Shown: positions 57,565 through 64,000 of the stretch, piece after piece
Layout: each line of letters opens with the position of its first letter
Position numbering within the stretch: the stretch's first letter is position 1
From: a virus
Direction: 5' to 3' (one strand)
IMG/VR virus record: IMGVR_UViG_3300047497_000079
Location: 1 to 64,000 of that record
Length of the DNA stretch: 64,000 nucleotides
Notes under the pieces: generated by a model
What the model saw: the letters and a program-made list of their open reading frames with translations, nothing else
The model's database searches: none
Told to the model about the DNA's origin: nothing
Program-made: the position numbers and the translations under genes

Positions 57565-58104
57565 ATGGCTTATCCTAGATATGATAGTAATGGAAACTTG
57601 CGTCCTCCTTCGACGAGGCGGCGTATCAAAAGGGCTACGGCCGACCGCATGGTGGCGGACTTCCTCAATAGGGTGCAAGCCTATGGAGAAGACGACACAC
57701 GGCTCCTCTGGATTCACAAGGTATGGGCCTTTGGTTCCTACACCAGGGACGATCCAACCCTTGGCGACGTCGACTTATGCGTGAAGTTCTTGAGGAAGCC
57801 CGAATGGACGATGCTGGAAGTCATGGAGCAAGCCGATGCAGAAGCACCACCTAGCTGGGATTGGTACCATCACATCTGCTGGGATGTCACCGATCTATTC
57901 CGCCGCATTAAGGGCCGTAATGGATACTTGTCCATCGGCGATCTCCGGGACATCAAGAATGCCGAATTCTTTCCCGTCATGTACCCGCATATGAAGCTCC
58001 TGTACGAACATGAACGGTCAGACTGGATTGCTTCGGAAGCCAGGAAGGTGAGGTCATACAAAAATCTACAACCCGTCATGGGCATCGAATATGCTCTATT
58101 TTAA
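57565..58104 (+). CDS. minimal nucleotidyltransferase-like protein
   Basis: VWAFGSY......GDVDL. Confidence 0.65.
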   Translation: MAYPRYDSNGNLRPPSTRRRIKRATADRMVADFLNRVQAYGEDDTRLLWIHKVWAFGSYTRDDPTLGDVDLCVKFLRKPEWTMLEVMEQADAEAPPSWDWYHHICWDVTDLFRRIKGRNGYLSIGDLRDIKNAEFFPVMYPHMKLLYEHERSDWIASEARKVRSYKNLQPVMGIEYALF

Positions 58105-59613
58105 ATTGTTCGAAACGGGACAGGCTGGCGACGGCCCCTTAGCAGAATTCCGATGCACGGCTATTCCTCCCGCAGGCACGGTCTTATGGACGGATAAGGG
58201 ACCGTACAAGGTAGTATCCATCGAGGCCGTGTTGTCCAAGGACGGGACCTTAAACGCCTTTGAGATGATGGTAGAAAAGCAATGAAGGGGGCCGATCTTG
58301 AAAATATCATCATTTACGTCTCCATAGTCTTATGCACGGCGGCGGTGGCGTACTGGCTACATTCACCACAGGGACTGTGGTCAATGCTCATGCTCCTCTT
58401 CGTCAAGTATGATGCATGAAGACGTTAGGAGACATAGCCTACGAAGCCTTTTACGCGAAGATGAACGCGATCTTTGCCCAGGACAAGATGCCGTCCAAGG
58501 CAAAGGACTCCGTGGGGTCGAAGTGCTGGGAAGCCGCGGCCGAGGCCGTAAGGAAAGAAGTGGCCGCGAAGATCCTGGCGGCTGTCGTGGCTCCTGGCTA
58601 TGTAAGCTGTGATGAACAATTTTCGCAAGGGTATGATAGCGCCATCGAAAAGACTCGGGAAGACATCGCCGCTCTCTTTAAGGAAAGTCCATGAATGAGA
58701 TATTCGCCATCATCAGCCTCCCGCGACCTAATCGACGGCGCACGGCATGAAGTGGCGGTGGCTTCTTAACGAGCAGACCGAGCTTGGGTGGATGGTATGG
58801 CCGTTCCTTTTGTTCGCAATTTCTGGCGCGATCACGGCAATTCTTTCTGAATATGGCGTAATATGAAGCTGATGTGGCAGTCTAAGAGATTAGTCGATCC
58901 ATACGACGTAACGGTCATCATTAAGGAAATCGATCACCACACCCGAATCATGATCGACATGATTAAATACGAACAACAATGAACTTCCCCTGTGCATTCA
59001 CATACATCGAACGGGATTGGGACCGTGCCGGAATATTTCACGTCCTGAAGTTTGCTCTTATCGAAGATCCCGAACAATACGAGAAGATCATAAGGAACGT
59101 CGAGGACGGTGTGTGTTTCGTTTGCTGGGTATCCCCTGGTCCTCCACAGCCCCTTTCCGTGCAAGATCCCGAACCTCCCGTAGATCCCCTGTAACAACCG
59201 AGGACGACATGTACCTGCTTCAGATGTGGCTGGAAGGCCAGAAGACGCACTGGAAAGATCATTCCTTCGTATTCCCCAACGGACGTGAATATATGATCGA
59301 AGCGGCGGCAAAAGCCGTCGAGAACGGAATAGCGGCCGAGGCCGTCCTGTGGTGGCTACGAGACATGACATCTCCCTTTATGTTCCCCGATGGACGCGAA
59401 CAGATGCTGGCTTTGGTTATGTCGGTGCGAGAAGGAGCCAAAAGGCATGAACCTACGGGATGAAGTGTTCCGCGTCCTCGAAATCGCCGTGTACGAAAAC
59501 GGCGAGAAGACTTTTCTGCTTTTACCCCCCTCTTTCGTGGCCGTGGAGATCAATTCGTACAACTCAACCCTGAACAAATTTGACCCCGCCGCCCTGGAAC
59601 CATACATTGCCGA

Positions 59614-59841
59614 GTGGCAGGAAAACGAAGGATACGGACATTGACTTCCATAACTATCATCAACGGTTTGCGCGCCGTGGTCTCCAAGGACCCTGGTTCG
59701 GCCTACGGCATCCACTTCCCTGATTGCCCTGGCCTGTACACGGCCGGGGATACGATGGAGGAGCTGTTCGCCAACGCTCACGAAGTCACGAGCATATGGC
59801 TGGAGATGGAGCATGATGATCAATTCACAGGGACGAAATAG
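59614..59841 (+). CDS. solo HicB-like antitoxin domain
   Basis: KDPGSAYGIHFPDCPGLYTAGDTMEELFANAHE. Confidence 0.75.
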   Translation: MAGKRRIRTLTSITIINGLRAVVSKDPGSAYGIHFPDCPGLYTAGDTMEELFANAHEVTSIWLEMEHDDQFTGTK

Positions 59842-60194
59842 AGCACAACTGCCCTGGGAGGGCGAAATGAGCACACCAAACAAAACGATGACGACGGTTG
59901 ATCTCGGGTCCGAGCGTGTCCTTACCGAGACCGTTGAACCTGATCCCGCACCCGCACCAAATCGTGATGTCATCCCATTGACCGAAGACGGCGTTACAGA
60001 GGCAATGTTCCGCAAAGCGGGATACACAGCCGCGGCCGCAAGCTTGCCGCTTTCGCAAACCGCATACGAGGCGAAATGCGCTTTTAACGGCGTCCACCCC
60101 AAATTCGCTCCTAATTCATGGCGATATGCGCCCAATGACTACATGCGGAAATATTGGGAGAATGGGCAAAAATTTCCAAAATCGGAGCAAGCCA

Positions 60195-60629
60195 ATGACT
60201 GAAGACCTATCGATCACTCGTAGGAAGCTTTTAGTCGCAGGGGCCGCAGCGGTATTCGTTCCCGCTTCTGCTTTCGCCGCGCTGGGCTCAATCCCCACAA
60301 GGCTGACGGCCCTTAATATCGACGGAGTAGCAGTGCCCTACTCGTGGGAATTGGCACGGGATATCAAAGCCGTATTTGGCTGGGACATCGAAGATCTGTT
60401 CAGCAAGCTTCATGGCACGTCCTTCTCCATTCGAAGAATAGCCGCTGGTCCATGGTGGGATACAGAACCTACGGAAATCCATTCGTTCCAATCTTTCGAA
60501 CTCACGACCAACGACAGTCGGGACAAACCAATGCGATGGACCCAACTATACGATAAGACCGGGCGTAGCGTCGACTGCTCTATATGCAAAGCTTTTCGTT
60601 GTGAATTTGTTGCAGCGCTTGGAGCATGA
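60195..60629 (+). CDS. twin-arginine-signal protein
   Basis: SITRRKLL..AAVFVPASAFA. Confidence 0.6.
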   Translation: MTEDLSITRRKLLVAGAAAVFVPASAFAALGSIPTRLTALNIDGVAVPYSWELARDIKAVFGWDIEDLFSKLHGTSFSIRRIAAGPWWDTEPTEIHSFQSFELTTNDSRDKPMRWTQLYDKTGRSVDCSICKAFRCEFVAALGA

Positions 60630-60869
60630 ATATGGCAACGTTCTTTCATCTACGCCCCGGCGATAAGGTCAAGCGTCTTATCGGAGGTCTCATTGCCATG
60701 CCCATGATCGTGACAGAGGTTAAGGACAGGACGCTCCTCGCTGATGCCTTCGCAGATGACGGATCAATCTTTCATGGCCAGTGGGAGTTCGACCGTGAAA
60801 CGGGAGCCGAAGAAGACCCTGAACTTGGATGGGGCAGGGCTTTCGGCGCGACGGGATCGTTTCTCGTTC

Positions 60870-61052
60870 ATGACTAAATCGTTCGAAAAAGGGGAACTAA
60901 ATCCATGCCCCGTCTGTGGTAGTAGCGTACAAACCAGCGCTGACCCTCCCCGTTTCGCGTGGGCAATCTCGTGTAGAGAAGACCACGGCCCGTGCGGCAT
61001 CACGCTTGTACAGGGTATGAAAGAAGGTAATGCAACCTTCTTTGCGAGATGA
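60870..61052 (+). CDS. Lar-like Zn-ribbon protein
   Basis: ELNPCPVCGS...ISC....PCG. Confidence 0.5.
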   Translation: MTKSFEKGELNPCPVCGSSVQTSADPPRFAWAISCREDHGPCGITLVQGMKEGNATFFAR

Positions 61053-61700
61053 AACGCGCTGTGGTCCCGGTTCATAGGGACTTGGACAAGAGGATAGGAC
61101 AATGACCGAACTTGCATGTCTCAGTGAAGGCATCGACGACGACACCTATCTCTTTTTGAAAGAGAATGGGTACATCACGGCCAAGCTCCTTGCCACGGGT
61201 AAACTTGCCGGCATTTCCCAGTTCATGTTCACGTACGGTCTCGTCTCCGGCATCACCGAGTATGGATATGAGATGCGGTGGTGCTACAAATCCTATCTTG
61301 AGGCCCTTTTCGCCTTGGACGAATGGGATGGCAAAGGAACGCCACCCGGCATGTGGATCAAAGAGAAAGGTGGCCGTCGCGGAGACAGACATGGTCCTGG
61401 CTCTCCGTATTATAATCAAGAAAAATGAACCATGTTCAAGGTACAGTCAAAACCATGTTCGACGTGCATTTACCGCAAGGACAGTCCTCTCGACTTGAAA
61501 CAGTTGGAAGACGCCGTGCGAGATCGTTACATGGGATTTTGGACACACCGGGTGTGTCATCATTCCGAAGACGCATGCTGCCGTGGCTTCTGGAACCGCC
61601 ACAAAGATAGGTTTCAGGCGGGTCAGATAGCGCAGCGTTTGAATCTCGTGCAATTCGTCGACGAAGACATAATTAAGAATACCCCTACCTGAGACTCCTC

Positions 61701-63104
61701 ATGATCATTGATGTTAACCGCCCCATCACGGGAAAGACTCTCATTGACCTCGGATACAAGTCTGGTCCCTGGTTTTCCCGTGCCATAGCCGAAGCCGAAG
61801 CGGCGCGGAAGCTTCATCGCCCCGCTGACGAGATCCGCCTCATCATCGACAGCTACGTTCCGGCACCGCCGACGCCGCTACACCCCATGGGGTTTCGGCC
61901 GTTCCATCTCAATATCGAAGCCGTGAACGAAGGAGATGCCGATAACATCAACAAGGTGTCCGTGGCGATGGACCATATCATGCGCGTTCCTACCGTCGTT
62001 GCAGGGGCCATCATGCCCGATGCCTGTCCCACGGGAGGTCCGGGAGAGATCCCCGTAGGCGGCGTTGTAGCCACGCAGGGGGCCATTCATCCGGGGTGGC
62101 ACTCCTCTGACATCTGTTGCTCTCTTGCCATGTCCGTGCTCGGAGACGTCGATCCGAAGGCCGTTTTGGACGCGGGTATGGCCCTCACTCATTTTGGACC
62201 TGGGGGCCGGCCGCGGTCGGGACAGATCCGGCCCAATCTCGAATTCCTGGAACGGATGAACGAGAACAGCTTCATGAAGCACGTCGTATCCGAAGCCATT
62301 GAGCACAACGCCACGCAGGGCGACGGCAACCACTTTTTCTATGTGGGACGGGTAGCTTCCACGGGCCACACGGCCATCGTCACCCACCATGGCTCACGAA
62401 AGCCCGGTGCCCTCCTGTATAAGATGGGTATGGTCCTGGCCGAGAAGAACCGTAAGAAGATCTGCCCCGAGGCCCCGCCCGTCGCGGGCTGGATCGACGC
62501 CGACACTTACGAAGGCGAGGAATACTGGAACGCCCTGCAACTGATCCGTGAATGGACCAAGAACAACCACATGGTCATTCATCACCTCGTATCCGGGCGG
62601 CTCAAGGCAAAGATCCGCGATCAGATGTGGAACGAACATAATTTTATTTTTCGTAAGACGGACGGGCACTTCTACCACGCGAAGGGGGCGACACCTGCTT
62701 ACAAGGGATATGCCGCCGACGAAACGGGCGTAACGCTGATCCCCCTGAACATGGCCGAACCTATCCTCATGGTCGAGGGCCTCGATGCTCCTAATGGTCT
62801 CGGCTTTTCTCCTCACGGGGCAGGCCGGAACTATTCCCGTACGGCGTTCATGAACTCGTTAGGACCTAACGCCGATAAGAAGGAGATCGTCGCGGAACAG
62901 ACCAAGGGCATAGACGCCCGTTTCTTCTGTGGTGTTCCCGATCTGAGCGAGCTGCCCGGAGCCTACAAGAATGCCTCCACAGTTCGTTCGCTCATCGACA
63001 AGTTCGGACTTGCCAAGGTCGTCGATACCGTCGAACCTTACGGTTGTATCATGGCCGGGGACTGGCAGGTGAACGCGCCGTGGCGAAAGAAGAAAGGTAG
63101 ATGA
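61701..63104 (+). CDS. rtcB: RtcB-family RNA ligase
   Basis: MPDAC, IPVGG, DICCS, GDGNHF, HHGSR, HNF, KGAT, HGAGR, E.P.AYK. Confidence 0.93.
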   Translation: MIIDVNRPITGKTLIDLGYKSGPWFSRAIAEAEAARKLHRPADEIRLIIDSYVPAPPTPLHPMGFRPFHLNIEAVNEGDADNINKVSVAMDHIMRVPTVVAGAIMPDACPTGGPGEIPVGGVVATQGAIHPGWHSSDICCSLAMSVLGDVDPKAVLDAGMALTHFGPGGRPRSGQIRPNLEFLERMNENSFMKHVVSEAIEHNATQGDGNHFFYVGRVASTGHTAIVTHHGSRKPGALLYKMGMVLAEKNRKKICPEAPPVAGWIDADTYEGEEYWNALQLIREWTKNNHMVIHHLVSGRLKAKIRDQMWNEHNFIFRKTDGHFYHAKGATPAYKGYAADETGVTLIPLNMAEPILMVEGLDAPNGLGFSPHGAGRNYSRTAFMNSLGPNADKKEIVAEQTKGIDARFFCGVPDLSELPGAYKNASTVRSLIDKFGLAKVVDTVEPYGCIMAGDWQVNAPWRKKKGR

Positions 63105-63106
63105 TC

Positions 63107-63196
63107 GGAAGGGTGGTTGAGCGGTTGAAAGCACTGGTCTTGAAAACCAGCGGCCCCTCATGGGGTCCGTGGGTTCGAATCCCACCCCTTCCACCA
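63107..63196 (+). tRNA. tRNA-Ser (TGA)
   Basis: GGAAGGG..CTGGT ctTGAaa ACCAG, long variable arm, GGGTTCGAATCCC, CCCTTCC A CCA. Confidence 0.93.
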
Positions 63197-63387
63197 CAGA
63201 GGTGATGACAATGGACAAGCTCTTGAGACGCTACTTTGCGGATTACATCGTCGATAGTTCTTCAGGGCGTTCTATCATTACCTTATCCGTACAGACTTTT
63301 AAAAACTGGACTACTTCCGTTTTTATCGCGGGCATGGTCGCGATGTGGTTTCTAATGGCTGTCTCTTATTTAATTGGAAGATTATAG

Positions 63388-63585
63388 ATGAATGATTATT
63401 TCGATCTTCTCTATTCCCTAGTCAAACGCGGTGCTGCTGTCACCGTCGTGTGTGATGAAAACAACAACTCGAAAGAAAGCATTGAAAAAGGATATCTGAA
63501 TATTGATCTTTATGCCACGTTTCCACCGGGGAGTATTGAGTTCGTGAAAGTACCACCATTAGAAAAGGACGGCTTAGATGGATAA
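63388..63585 (+). CDS. small protein resembling the tail-sheath C-terminal domain
   Basis: VVCDENNN..I.KG.LNIDL...P..IEFV. Confidence 0.55.
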   Translation: MNDYFDLLYSLVKRGAAVTVVCDENNNSKESIEKGYLNIDLYATFPPGSIEFVKVPPLEKDGLDG

Positions 63586-63778
63586 TGTTCTGAACGAAAT
63601 GGCGCAGTTCTGCCTTAAGTATAAGTCTAGCCGCTCTTACACGCTCGATGGTAACTCAATCGTCTTTCATCCGTGTGGCATTCGTTCCCACAATCCTAAC
63701 GACGTTGCAAATCGCTACTGTGCCGTGTGCCATCAATTCATTCCCGACCGGGAAGTACCGATGGAGCAACGGCGATGA
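63578..63778 (+). CDS. small Zn-finger protein
   Basis: HPCG.RSHNPND..NRYCAVCHQF. Confidence 0.6.
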   Translation: MDNVLNEMAQFCLKYKSSRSYTLDGNSIVFHPCGIRSHNPNDVANRYCAVCHQFIPDREVPMEQRR

Positions 63779-64000
63779 AGAAGAAATTTCCCTCCTTGGA
63801 ATACTCTCGTGCCGTTACGGCATTGGCGATGTCTAAGACCGAGGCTTGGAAAATGCGGAAATTTCTTGAGGGCCGGGTCATTGCCCTTAGAGAAGAAGCC
63901 AAGCAAATCGAAGACTTTCTCGTCGAATCGACTTCGGAAGTGGATAGTTGGTACGAAGTGATAAAGAAGGAGGAGACCGAAGCCGATTTGATGCGCCGTT

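Larger units (their letters stand above)
58091..61692 (+). other. dense run of small hypothetical CDS
   Basis: ATGA-coupled ORFs such as 58091, 58416, 58979, 59813, 60626, 61102 and 61432. Confidence 0.6.

Overview
This window is part of a large T4-like (myovirus-type) phage genome. The host is very probably an alphaproteobacterium, judging from an alpha-type tRNA-His att core, a suhB/MmgR-like sRNA and CtrA/GANTC-like motifs. Layout: (1) 1-9.8 kb is an early/accessory array of about 22 short co-oriented ORFs. Most are preceded by a GC-rich hairpin, a conserved TTWGYCMATTT motif and a strong Shine-Dalgarno (SD). The array contains three tandem type II hammerhead-ribozyme-like elements whose open stem masks the SD of the next gene. 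(2) 9.9-35.9 kb is a T4-like late morphogenesis module: hub, gp5, peptidoglycan hydrolases, gp25, gp6, gp7, gp8, a 2097-aa structural protein, tail fibre, Kelch protein, GH108 lysin, gp13, gp14 and gp15, with (A/C)TAAATA late promoters. (3) 36.4-39.4 kb holds tRNA-Gln and an intact integration module (P4-like integrase, attP with the 3' half of tRNA-His, arm repeats, IHF site, AlpA excisionase). (4) At least 8 genes scattered through the window carry T4-internal-protein-like capsid-targeting N-termini; they include ART-like, zincin and ParB-like cargos and a frameshift-joined polyprotein. (5) 42-64 kb has an RNA repair and tRNA kit (Rnl1-phosphoesterase fusion, RtcB, tRNA-Leu, tRNA-Ser), an MT-A70 methylase, an AAA ATPase and many small hypotheticals. 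The best candidate for a new system is the tandem SD-masking hammerheads flanking small ORFs in a genome that also encodes RtcB, which suggests ribozyme-gated translation and possibly circular mini-mRNAs. All protein assignments come from motif recognition by eye, not from database searches.
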